Shown: positions 17,830 through 24,949 of the stretch, one piece after another
Layout: the number at the start of each line of letters is the position of its first letter
Position numbering within the stretch: the first letter of the stretch is position 1
From: a virus
DNA: 24,949 bases
UHGV virus genome: UHGV-0184459
Direction: 5' to 3' (one strand)
The notes under the pieces: generated by a model
What the model saw: only the letters and a program-made list of their open reading frames with translations
What the model was told of the DNA's origin: nothing
Database searches by the model: none
Made by a program: the position numbers and the translations under genes

Positions 17830-18683
17830 GCACGTACTCCGTACACGGCAGAACTATCCACGCCACGCGAATAATCAAATCCCATCCAGCAGCGCGGCCC
17901 GGAAACAGCAATGATTTCTGTTGCTGATTTACCCTCGCCAGCTGCCACACCGATGCTGCGTTTTACCTTGATATAGTGGTGAGTAAAATTGCGATACAGC
18001 GAACGGATCAGGGATGTGTCACTGTTAGAAACAATGACCGGATGTCCTTCTGATGACCGATGTTCAAGAACGGATGCCAGGTGATACTGGTCATCTTCAG
18101 TGAAACCATCAGTGTGATAGCCGGAAAACGTACCGTCATATGGCGGATCGCAATACACCACATCTCCCGCCTTCAACATCGCCAGCGTTTCATCAAAGCT
18201 GGCGCAGATAAACGTTGCTCGCTGGGCTTTTTCTGCAAATGTGCGAAGTTCTTTTTCAGGGAAATACGGATTTTTATAATTACCGTAGGGAATGTTGAAA
18301 TGCCCGCTCTTGTTATAGCGACATAAACCACGGTAACCGTGACGATTGAGATACAGGAAATATACCGCTTTCATGAAATCAGTAATTTCAGTTGAGCAGT
18401 TAAACTCCTGCCTTATGTTGTAATAAGCCACCTCCCTGTTTGCGATCTCAAATAAAACTCTGGCGCGAGATATAAACGATTCACAATCAGCGGCAACCTT
18501 TTTATAGAGGTTGATTAAATCAGGATTAATATCCGCAACCAGATAGCTGGGATAATCCGTTTCCATCATCACAGCACAGGAACCCGAGAAAGGTTCAACC
18601 AGTCGCGGGCCAGCAGGAAGGTATTTTTTCAGTTCTGGCATAATGGCGGTTTTATTTCCCGCCCATTTCAGGATGGTGCTCAT
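17826..18683 (-). CDS. dam: Dam-type DNA N6-adenine methyltransferase
   Basis: ATG 18683 ([11 protein letters not shown]...) with GGAGGTG Shine-Dalgarno; SAM-binding region EPFSGS and catalytic DPPY motif; ATGA overlap with the A start. Confidence 0.85.
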   Translation of the reverse strand: MSTILKWAGNKTAIMPELKKYLPAGPRLVEPFSGSCAVMMETDYPSYLVADINPDLINLYKKVAADCESFISRARVLFEIANREVAYYNIRQEFNCSTEITDFMKAVYFLYLNRHGYRGLCRYNKSGHFNIPYGNYKNPYFPEKELRTFAEKAQRATFICASFDETLAMLKAGDVVYCDPPYDGTFSGYHTDGFTEDDQYHLASVLEHRSSEGHPVIVSNSDTSLIRSLYRNFTHHYIKVKRSIGVAAGEGKSATEIIAVSGPRCWMGFDYSRGVDSSAVYGVRA

Positions 18684-18907
18684 ACAGCACCTCCGTTGTA
18701 ATGTTTGCCTTTCAGTTCTGCGATTTCCTGACAGGTAATGCAAAGCTGCACTCCCGGAATGGCGCGGCGTCGTGCTGGCGGAATTGGCGCTTCACATTCA
18801 ATGCAAAGTACGCGTGACACGCCCGGTGATTTGGCACGGGCTGCACGGATATGGCGCTGGCGTTCTTCTTCAACGCGCTGCTGTACGAGATCCATTGCAT
18901 CAGCCAT
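18680..18907 (-). CDS. TraR/DksA-family C4 zinc-finger protein
   Basis: 75 aa; C-x2-C-x17-C-x2-C (CIECEAPIPPARRRAIPGVQLCITC). Confidence 0.7.
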   Translation of the reverse strand: MADAMDLVQQRVEEERQRHIRAARAKSPGVSRVLCIECEAPIPPARRRAIPGVQLCITCQEIAELKGKHYNGGAV

Positions 18908-19140
18908 TAGTGGATCTCCTGCGCTTCGTTCTGGATTGCTTCAGCAGTCACGCGCAGCAGTTCTGCCGCTTCCACGTGGTTTAGCTGGCGGGATGAGATA
19001 TGACACGCCAGGCTATCAAGGCGAGCAGCCATTGCTTCAGCCCTTGCCCGGCGTTCTTCCAGACGAGCCTCTGTCAGTAAAATATTAAGCCCTGCGTCAT
19101 CCGGTCCGGTTTTAGTCGTGTGGGTTTCAATATTACGCAT
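18907..19140 (-). CDS. Hypothetical early-region protein
   Basis: ATG 19140 with AGGAGA Shine-Dalgarno (listed ORF starts at TTG 19146); 77 aa; coupled to downstream gene (ATGA). Confidence 0.45.
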   Translation of the reverse strand: MRNIETHTTKTGPDDAGLNILLTEARLEERRARAEAMAARLDSLACHISSRQLNHVEAAELLRVTAEAIQNEAQEIH

Positions 19141-19207
19141 AATCAATTCTCCTGAATTTAGATAAAGGGATGCCCGGCGGGTTTACGCCATTAATTTCAT
19201 TAGTTGG

Positions 19208-19549
19208 TTAATTCGGCATGGTTAGCCGTCTGGGAAATAAGCTCACCACTGCACGAAAATGATTCATTGTTTTAATCAGCTCCCGCTTTTCGTCAGTGGT
19301 CAGCTCATTAATGCTGATGCTATGACGTTCAGCTGGAATTTTTGCCATAAAGAATATGGCAGCCAGTGCCCGTTTATTTTGTTCATTATTGATATCCCGT
19401 GGATCACGCATATCTTTAATAAACCGCTCAAGCTCTGACTCAATATTCAGGCCAAAAACTTTCGCCCTTAACTCCGCAATGTGATTAAGTCCATTCAGGC
19501 GTTCACCGGGGCTTAATGGAACAGTTGCTGCAGCGCCATTAATTGCCAT
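19208..19549 (-). CDS. Hypothetical early-region protein
   Basis: 113-aa ORF with ATG and G-rich Shine-Dalgarno-like sequence; no family recognised from sequence. Confidence 0.5.
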   Translation of the reverse strand: MAINGAAATVPLSPGERLNGLNHIAELRAKVFGLNIESELERFIKDMRDPRDINNEQNKRALAAIFFMAKIPAERHSISINELTTDEKRELIKTMNHFRAVVSLFPRRLTMPN

Positions 19550-19571
19550 ACTTCATATCCCCCAAACGCAG

Positions 19572-19796
19572 CTATCGTTCTTTGTTCTTACGGTAACGCT
19601 CAAGAGGAGATACATTTTTTCGTATCGTCTCTTTAACCTGCTCTCCCCGTAAAAACGTCCCATCCTTTAACGTGAAAAAGTAACTGCCATCGCCCGACAA
19701 TGACGGATAGCAACAGCGCAAATCATCTTCAGGTACTGAATAACTCTCCCCTCTGTAACGAAACTGATAAACCACTTCACTTTCTGCCGCATACAT
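19572..19796 (-). CDS. Hypothetical small protein
   Basis: 74 aa; ATG 19796 with GGAGA Shine-Dalgarno; protein-like composition throughout. Confidence 0.45.
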   Translation of the reverse strand: MYAAESEVVYQFRYRGESYSVPEDDLRCCYPSLSGDGSYFFTLKDGTFLRGEQVKETIRKNVSPLERYRKNKER

Positions 19797-19963
19797 TTGG
19801 ACTTTCTCCGTTTCCTCGTGGTCAATTCAGACAGCAATTCATCTTGTGAATGACATGGATGCCAGCGTTTTCCATCCTCACCCGTGATCCAGCCGTGACC
19901 GTAGTGCATTGCCGGGCTTTGTTTTACCAGCAGCGATGCAAATGATGGTTCTTTCGTCAGCAT
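19667..19963 (-). CDS. Possible small ORF immediately downstream of cII, overlapping the next gene in another frame (extent uncertain)
   Basis: ATG 19963 with GAGGTG 3 nt upstream; N-terminal part (MLTKEPSFASLLVKQSPAMHYGHGW...) looks protein-like, C-terminal part overlaps 19572..19796 and may not be coding. Confidence 0.25.
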   Translation of the reverse strand: MLTKEPSFASLLVKQSPAMHYGHGWITGEDGKRWHPCHSQDELLSELTTRKRRKSKCMRQKVKWFISFVTEGRVIQYLKMICAVAIRHCRAMAVTFSR

Positions 19964-19970
19964 AAACACC

Positions 19971-20480
19971 TCACAGCAAACCGAATGAAGCACCAAGGCC
20001 AGTCATGGTATCAACTGCACTCGCCATCGCAGGATTAGCCTGCAAACGGGCTTGCAATGAAACAGCAGCCAGCGCCATCAGTCGTGTTACAGAGTTAATG
20101 CTGCTGATAGCATCACGACGACCGGCACTAGTTTTTACATCACCAGATACCGCACCTGCTGCAACACGCCCGATCTCTGCAGTTGCGCTCATGACGTAAT
20201 GCGGCAGTTTCTCTTTTGCTACCTCATTAATCGGTACACATGGCAGACAATGAATCTGTGCCAGAAAACCATCTACCAACGTTGAATCTTCAGTCAGATC
20301 GGTAAGCAGCCAGATTTCTGGTGCGGTTAATAAATGAGGTTGAGCTGGGTTCAGCTTGTTCCGCAGAATCTGCACATTCATGCCCGCACGTTCTGCCAGT
20401 TGCACCAGATTGTGGCGCAGTGCGAATGCACGACAGGCTTCATCAAAATGTGGATGTTTGGAAACTTGGTAATCAAACAT
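19971..20480 (-). CDS. cII: CII-like lysogeny establishment regulator (phage 186 type)
   Basis: ATG at 20480 gives 169 aa [45 protein letters not shown]..., closely matching phage 186 CII as recalled. Confidence 0.8.
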   Translation of the reverse strand: MFDYQVSKHPHFDEACRAFALRHNLVQLAERAGMNVQILRNKLNPAQPHLLTAPEIWLLTDLTEDSTLVDGFLAQIHCLPCVPINEVAKEKLPHYVMSATAEIGRVAAGAVSGDVKTSAGRRDAISSINSVTRLMALAAVSLQARLQANPAMASAVDTMTGLGASFGLL

Positions 20481-20512
20481 GGTCGACACCTCTGATGTAT
20501 CCCAAAATGGAA

Positions 20513-20734
20513 CTAGTTGAATACAACATTGCAATCAGTAAGTGCATCAACGGTAAGAGCAGCAAGGTTGATCATTACCTTTTCTCTTTTCTTGTCTTTA
20601 CGAAGACGATGCCGAGGAATGCGACCATCCGCCAACATATCGTTGATTGTGTCGATTGAAAGACCAGTAAGTTCGCTATAACGCTCGATTGTGACGTGTG
20701 GCGTATTCAGAGTTATTGAAATGTTAGGGGTCAT
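20513..20734 (-). CDS. apl: Apl/Cox-like excisionase and transcriptional regulator
   Basis: ATG 20734 with AGGAGA Shine-Dalgarno; 73 aa basic HTH-like protein ([27 protein letters not shown]); first gene of the lytic operon opposite cI. Confidence 0.65.
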   Translation of the reverse strand: MTPNISITLNTPHVTIERYSELTGLSIDTINDMLADGRIPRHRLRKDKKREKVMINLAALTVDALTDCNVVFN

Positions 20735-20784
20735 GATGCAACATCTCCTATTGGCTTGTGGTGAGCCTGTAGTAATCGTGACAA

Positions 20785-20800
20785 GTACCCAATTGGGTAC
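20785..20800. promoter_or_regulatory. Perfect 16-bp palindrome GTACCCAATTGGGTAC in the apl-cI switch region; candidate repressor operator
   Basis: Palindrome read directly; sits in the 95-bp interval between divergent apl and cI starts; a GTACCCA half-site recurs at about 20843..20849. Confidence 0.4.
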
Positions 20801-20829
20801 AAAACTGATACTAGGATCGCAAAAGAGAT

Positions 20830-21426
20830 ATGTCAACATCAAAGTACCCAAGTGAGATCAAAATAAATCCCAATAAAGGTGGTAAGGCTGCGATTGAGCG
20901 ATTAGTCGAAGCCTATGGCTTTACGACACGACAGGCTTTAGCTGATCACTTGGAAGTATCAAAAAGCACACTAGCGAACAGGTATTTGCGGGATACATTT
21001 CCTGCTGACTGGATAATCCAATGTGCTCTTGAAACAGGAACCTCCCTCAAATGGTTAACTACCGGACAAGGCCTTAAGCAAAGCTCGCTGACAGCAGCTA
21101 CAGAAGAGCTTGTTAAGTTTCGCCTTGCCGCAGGCAAAATGATTGAAGACGGTTCATATGTCTTCGATTCATCATTTCTTCCTGCAAACCTTTCATCACC
21201 AATTGTTGTTCAGGATGGACTCGTCACATACATTTGTGATCAAAAATTTTCTGAAGTACTTGATGGAAACTGGTTAATCAATATCGACGGAACCTATTCC
21301 ATTCGAAAAATCACAAGGCTTCCTAAAGGAATGATTAAAATTACAACAGCAGAGAATAGCTTTGAATGTGCATTTTCTGATATTGAAGTGGTTGCTTGTA
21401 TAAGAAGTACAATAGTCTCGAATTAA
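20830..21426 (+). CDS. cI: CI immunity repressor (phage 186 type)
   Basis: 198 aa; N-terminal HTH region (ERLVEAYGFTTRQALADHLEVSKSTLANRY) and C-terminal domain; divergent from apl/cII as in 186. Confidence 0.8.
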   Translation: MSTSKYPSEIKINPNKGGKAAIERLVEAYGFTTRQALADHLEVSKSTLANRYLRDTFPADWIIQCALETGTSLKWLTTGQGLKQSSLTAATEELVKFRLAAGKMIEDGSYVFDSSFLPANLSSPIVVQDGLVTYICDQKFSEVLDGNWLINIDGTYSIRKITRLPKGMIKITTAENSFECAFSDIEVVACIRSTIVSN

Positions 21427-21446
21427 TATAGTAAAAGGATTTTAAA

Positions 21447-23123
21447 ATGAATTCATTTGCCATCGTTATACTCTTATTAGCATTTCTCGCCCCTGTTCTA
21501 GCTGTAATATTATTTAAACAAAGTAAAAAACACAAAGCGGCTATAGATAACCTGACAGCTAACAACATAGCCCTTTCTAACCAACTGATTGAAAATCAAG
21601 AAAAACTAGCACAGACCGTACGAGAATTATCAGAGCTTGAAGGGCGAGCAGCACCATTGTGGCAATACGAAGAATTGCACAGCGCAGTAATGGATGCAGA
21701 GAATAAGATAAAAAATGCGGACTCAATAGCCAAGCAAAAAATAGATGAAGCCCAAATTAAGGCAGCTAAAACAGTAAACGAAGCAAATTATCAAGCTCAG
21801 ATGACAATAAGCAACGCTAATAGCGAAGCTATAGCAATCACCAAAGACGCTCGCGATGCACGCCTGAAAGCCAAAGAACGTCTTGATAATGCTAATAATA
21901 AAGCAAATGAGCTAATCTCAAATGCTAATGACAATGCAGTAAAAATTATTTCTGATGCAGAAGAAAGAGCAAAGGAGATTGCTGGTTCAGCATATGAAGC
22001 TAAAGAGTTTGCAGAAAAATATGAAGCAGTTGCAAAATCAATGAAAAATAAAATTGAAGGTTATGGTGATGAATGGATCATCCCTAACCGTAGTGTACTT
22101 GATGAGCTGGCAGAAAATTATGAATTTACAGATGCAGGCAAGGAATTACAAAAAGCCAGAGAGTTAACCAAATCATTAATAAAAACTAATAAAGCTGCTT
22201 CGTGTGATTATGTTGAGCAAAAGAGGCGTAATACTGCCATAAACTTTGTTTTGGATGCCTTCAATGGAAGAGTTGACAGTATTTTATCAAAAGTCAAACA
22301 CAACAATTTTGGAAAACTTTCCCAAGAAATAAAAGATGCATTTCAACTAGTAAATTACAATGGCTCTGCCTTTAGGTCCGCAAAAATAAGTGACATCTAT
22401 CTTCAGGCAAGACTCAACGAGCTAAAATGGGGTGTAGCAGTTAATGAAATTATGCTCGAAGAAAAAGAAGAGCAAAGAAGGATTAAAGAACAGCTTCGTG
22501 AAGAGGAAAGAGCTCGTAGAGAATATGAAAAAGCGATAAAAGAAGCTGAAAAAGAAGAAAAAGCTATTCAGCAAGCTATAAATAAAGCAACGAAAGAACT
22601 TATGCTTGCAAATGAAGAACAACGCTTAGCTTTAGAGCAAAAAATAGCTGAACTACAGTTAAAATATGAAGAAGCTGAAGCTAAAAATCAACGAGCTATT
22701 TCTATGGCTCAACAAACCAGATCAGGCCACGTCTATATCATTAGTAATATTGGTTCATTTGGCGAAGATGTATATAAAATTGGAATGACACGCCGCCTTG
22801 AACCACTTGATCGTGTTCGTGAACTCGGAGATGCTAGTGTTCCTTTTTCGTTCGATGTTCATGCGATGATTTATAGTGATGATGCACCATCATTAGAAAA
22901 CCATCTGCATAAAGTTTTCAACGAAAAGCAGGTCAATAAAATTAACTCACGAAAAGAGTTTTTTAACGTAAATTTAAAAGAAATTAAATCAGTTATTGAA
23001 GACATGAACATCAACGCCCACTGGACAATGTTTGCAGAGGCGAAAGAATATAGAGAGTCTCTAGCTATTGAGCAGGAGCGCAAAGCAGCCACTTCCGCCA
23101 ACGATGAACTACATGTTGCTTAG
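21447..23123 (+). CDS. Membrane-anchored coiled-coil protein with DUF4041-like and C-terminal T5orf172 (GIY-YIG-like) domains; cargo gene
   Basis: 558 aa; N-terminal TM helix (FAIVILLLAFLAPVLAVILF), long Lys/Glu/Ala-rich coiled coil, C-terminal GHVYIISNIGSFGEDVYKIGMTRRLEPLDRVRELGDASVPFSFDVHAMIY...LENHLHKVF matching the T5orf172 pattern; strongly AT-rich. Confidence 0.7.
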   Translation: MNSFAIVILLLAFLAPVLAVILFKQSKKHKAAIDNLTANNIALSNQLIENQEKLAQTVRELSELEGRAAPLWQYEELHSAVMDAENKIKNADSIAKQKIDEAQIKAAKTVNEANYQAQMTISNANSEAIAITKDARDARLKAKERLDNANNKANELISNANDNAVKIISDAEERAKEIAGSAYEAKEFAEKYEAVAKSMKNKIEGYGDEWIIPNRSVLDELAENYEFTDAGKELQKARELTKSLIKTNKAASCDYVEQKRRNTAINFVLDAFNGRVDSILSKVKHNNFGKLSQEIKDAFQLVNYNGSAFRSAKISDIYLQARLNELKWGVAVNEIMLEEKEEQRRIKEQLREEERARREYEKAIKEAEKEEKAIQQAINKATKELMLANEEQRLALEQKIAELQLKYEEAEAKNQRAISMAQQTRSGHVYIISNIGSFGEDVYKIGMTRRLEPLDRVRELGDASVPFSFDVHAMIYSDDAPSLENHLHKVFNEKQVNKINSRKEFFNVNLKEIKSVIEDMNINAHWTMFAEAKEYRESLAIEQERKAATSANDELHVA

Positions 23124-23181
23124 CAATGTATGTTTCATAGTAATCACACATTGATTACTGGTTACATATACAGTTAAATTT

Positions 23182-23205
23182 AGCCCTCTGATATGAGGGC
23201 TTTTT
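23182..23205 (+). terminator. Rho-independent terminator (AGCCCTC-tgatat-GAGGGCT + TTTT) ending at the int start codon
   Basis: 7-bp GC-rich stem, 6-nt loop, T-run; read directly. Confidence 0.5.
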
Positions 23206-24258
23206 ATGGCAGTACGAAAACTAACCACAGGGAAATGGCTTTGCGAATGTTACCCCGCCGGACGAAGTGGGCGTCGTGTGCGTAAACAATTCGCTACCAA
23301 AGGCGAAGCACTGGCTTTTGAGCGCCACACGATGGAAGAAACCGAAGCAAAGCCCTGGCTGGGTGAATCAGTGGATCGTCGAACACTGAAAGACGTGGTT
23401 GAGCTATGGTTCAAACTACATGGTAAATCTCTGACAGCTGGGCAGCATGTCTATGACAAATTGCTGTTGATGGTTGACGCTCTGGGCAATCCTCTTGCAA
23501 CCGATCTCACCTCTAAAATGTTTGCCCACTATCGAGATAAACGCCTGACAGGCGAGATCTACTTCAGCGAGAAATGGAAGAAAGGAGCAAGCCCGGTCAC
23601 CATTAACCTGGAGCAAAGCTATCTAAGTAGTGTTTTTAGCGAACTATCCCGTCTGGGCGAATGGTCGTATCCGAACCCACTGGAGAACATGCGAAAATTC
23701 ACCATCGCAGAAAAAGAGATGGCATGGCTTACCCATGAGCAGATTGTTGAATTGCTGGCTGATTGCAAACGTCAGGACCCAATTCTGGCACTGGTAGTTA
23801 AGATATGCTTAAGCACAGGCGCACGCTGGCGTGAAGCCGTAAATCTTACCCGCTCACAGGTGACCAAATACCGAATTACCTTTGTCAGAACGAAGGGGAA
23901 GAAAAACAGAAGCATCCCTATCAGTAAAGAGCTTTACGAAGAGATCATGGCGCTTGATGGGTTCAATTTCTTCACAGACTGCTATTTTCAATTTTTATCC
24001 GTGATGGAAAAAACGTCTATCGTGCTCCCTCGCGGTCAACTCACACACGTTCTGCGCCATACGTTTGCGGCGCACTTCATGATGTCGGGTGGAAACATTC
24101 TGGCCTTACAAAAAATTCTCGGACACCACGATATAAAAATGACTATGCGTTACGCACATCTGGCACCGGATCATCTAGAAACGGCGCTCCGTTTCAATCC
24201 TCTGGCAACGCTGCCAAGTGGCGACAAAGTGGCGGCAGCGGTTGGCATTACCCCGTAA
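23206..24258 (+). CDS. int: Tyrosine integrase (P2/186 family)
   Basis: 350 aa; conserved catalytic regions GARWREA (Arg), HVLRHTFA (His/Arg), MRYAHL (Tyr); adjacent to att region. Confidence 0.9.
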   Translation: MAVRKLTTGKWLCECYPAGRSGRRVRKQFATKGEALAFERHTMEETEAKPWLGESVDRRTLKDVVELWFKLHGKSLTAGQHVYDKLLLMVDALGNPLATDLTSKMFAHYRDKRLTGEIYFSEKWKKGASPVTINLEQSYLSSVFSELSRLGEWSYPNPLENMRKFTIAEKEMAWLTHEQIVELLADCKRQDPILALVVKICLSTGARWREAVNLTRSQVTKYRITFVRTKGKKNRSIPISKELYEEIMALDGFNFFTDCYFQFLSVMEKTSIVLPRGQLTHVLRHTFAAHFMMSGGNILALQKILGHHDIKMTMRYAHLAPDHLETALRFNPLATLPSGDKVAAAVGITP

Positions 24259-24276
24259 TAACCACCACTGACCACC

Positions 24277-24314
24277 AACCTAACTTATTGTTTTTAACCT
24301 AACTTATTGTTTTC
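24277..24314. repeat. Tandem 19-bp direct repeat (AACCTAACTTATTGTTTT[T/C]) in the att region; candidate integrase arm-type sites
   Basis: Two adjacent copies, 18/19 identical, read directly; preceded by duplicated ACCACC motifs; lies between the int stop and the host gene. Confidence 0.5.
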
Positions 24315-24319
24315 ATTAA

Positions 24320-24343
24320 CCCGTTTACATAAATGGGTTTTTT
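24320..24343 (+). terminator. Hairpin CCCGTTTA-cat-AAATGGG followed by TTTTTT; probable terminator downstream of int
   Basis: 8-bp stem (one G.U pair) plus T6 tract; read directly. Confidence 0.45.
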
Positions 24344-24362
24344 GTTATCTAAAACTTATCTA

Positions 24363-24899
24363 CTACCCTGCAACCCTCTCAACCATCCTCAAAATCTCCT
24401 CGCGCGATAGCGGCTTACGGTCGGTGACAAAATGCAGCGTCATCCCCTCAATAAACGCATCAAGCGCGCGGGCGGTTCCGGGTTCAAACCATTGTTCGAG
24501 CGTTTGCTGACTGCGCTGCATCCAGTTTTGCATTACCGTTTTTAATAGCGGTTTTCGGCTAGCCAGCGCGTAGAGCTGGTACATCAGCTCCATGTTATCC
24601 GGCGTTGCAACCTGTGAGCTGTAGATCATATCGGTGATAGCCTGGCATGCGCCCGGAGCATCACTAACATCGCTAAAAAATGCCTGATATTGCCGGGACA
24701 TGATCTCAGTAAAACTGCTGAACGCCTCCAGTAACAACTCATCAATTCCTGAAAAATAGTAGGTCATCGATCCCAACGGTACCCCGGCAAGGGTAGCAAT
24801 TTTGCGGTGCGTAACAGCATGTATTCCGTAAAGTTTCACCGCCTCCAGCGTGGCCTGGATAATTTTTTCTCGCCGTTGCGGATCGTTAGCGCGACGCAT
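24363..24899 (-). CDS. TetR-family transcriptional regulator (host gene flanking the prophage)
   Basis: ATG 24899 ([49 protein letters not shown]...) typical TetR N-terminal HTH; the listed ORF start at 24929 is a TTG. Resembles an E. coli TetR regulator (possibly RcdA/YbjK) but I cannot confirm the identity. Confidence 0.8.
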
Positions 24900-24949
24900 G
24901 TCATTTCCTCTCTCTGCAATTGTGTACAAATGTACACAACCTTGCTAAT

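Larger units (their letters stand above)
1..24343. mobile_element. P2-family (186-like) prophage, partial: left boundary lies beyond the window, right boundary at the att region next to int
   Basis: Conserved P2/186 gene order H-I-J-W-V-S-R-lysis-X-L-M-N-O / P-Q / cos / tum-like / A / cII-apl-cI / int, recognised from the translations; host-like TetR gene follows at 24363. Confidence 0.9.

Noticed and set aside
22422-22622. 66-aa minus-strand ORF rich in Phe
   Set aside because: Antisense of the Lys/Glu-rich coiled-coil segment of the 558-aa cargo protein (AAA/GAA codons read as TTT/TTC); not an independent gene.
1-24949. CRISPR arrays, tRNA/rRNA genes, IS elements
   Set aside because: No spaced direct-repeat array, no tRNA-like cloverleaf candidates near the att region, and no transposase-like ORF or terminal inverted repeats were seen on reading the sequence.

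Overview
This window is most of a P2-family (phage 186-like) prophage, with a host TetR-family regulator gene at its right edge. Minus-strand late genes run from a partial tail fiber gene H through I, J, W, V, S, R, a lysis cassette, X, L, M, N and O (1..9403), followed by plus-strand terminase P and portal Q (9546..12346). Beyond that lie a cos-like site, a LexA-box-controlled DinI-like (tum-like) locus, replication gene A, a Dam-type methyltransferase, small early genes, a 186-type cII/apl/cI switch and a tyrosine integrase next to a repeat-bearing att region. Two AT-rich cargo insertions stand out against the GC-rich backbone. The first is a tightly coupled AAA/ABC-type ATPase plus Toprim/RloB-like gene pair between Q and cos (12443..14429), a candidate split OLD/AbiL/PARIS-type anti-phage system. 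The second is a membrane-anchored coiled-coil protein with a C-terminal T5orf172 (GIY-YIG-like) domain inserted between cI and int (21447..23123). All homology calls are from reading the translations and from memory of the families; no database search was run.
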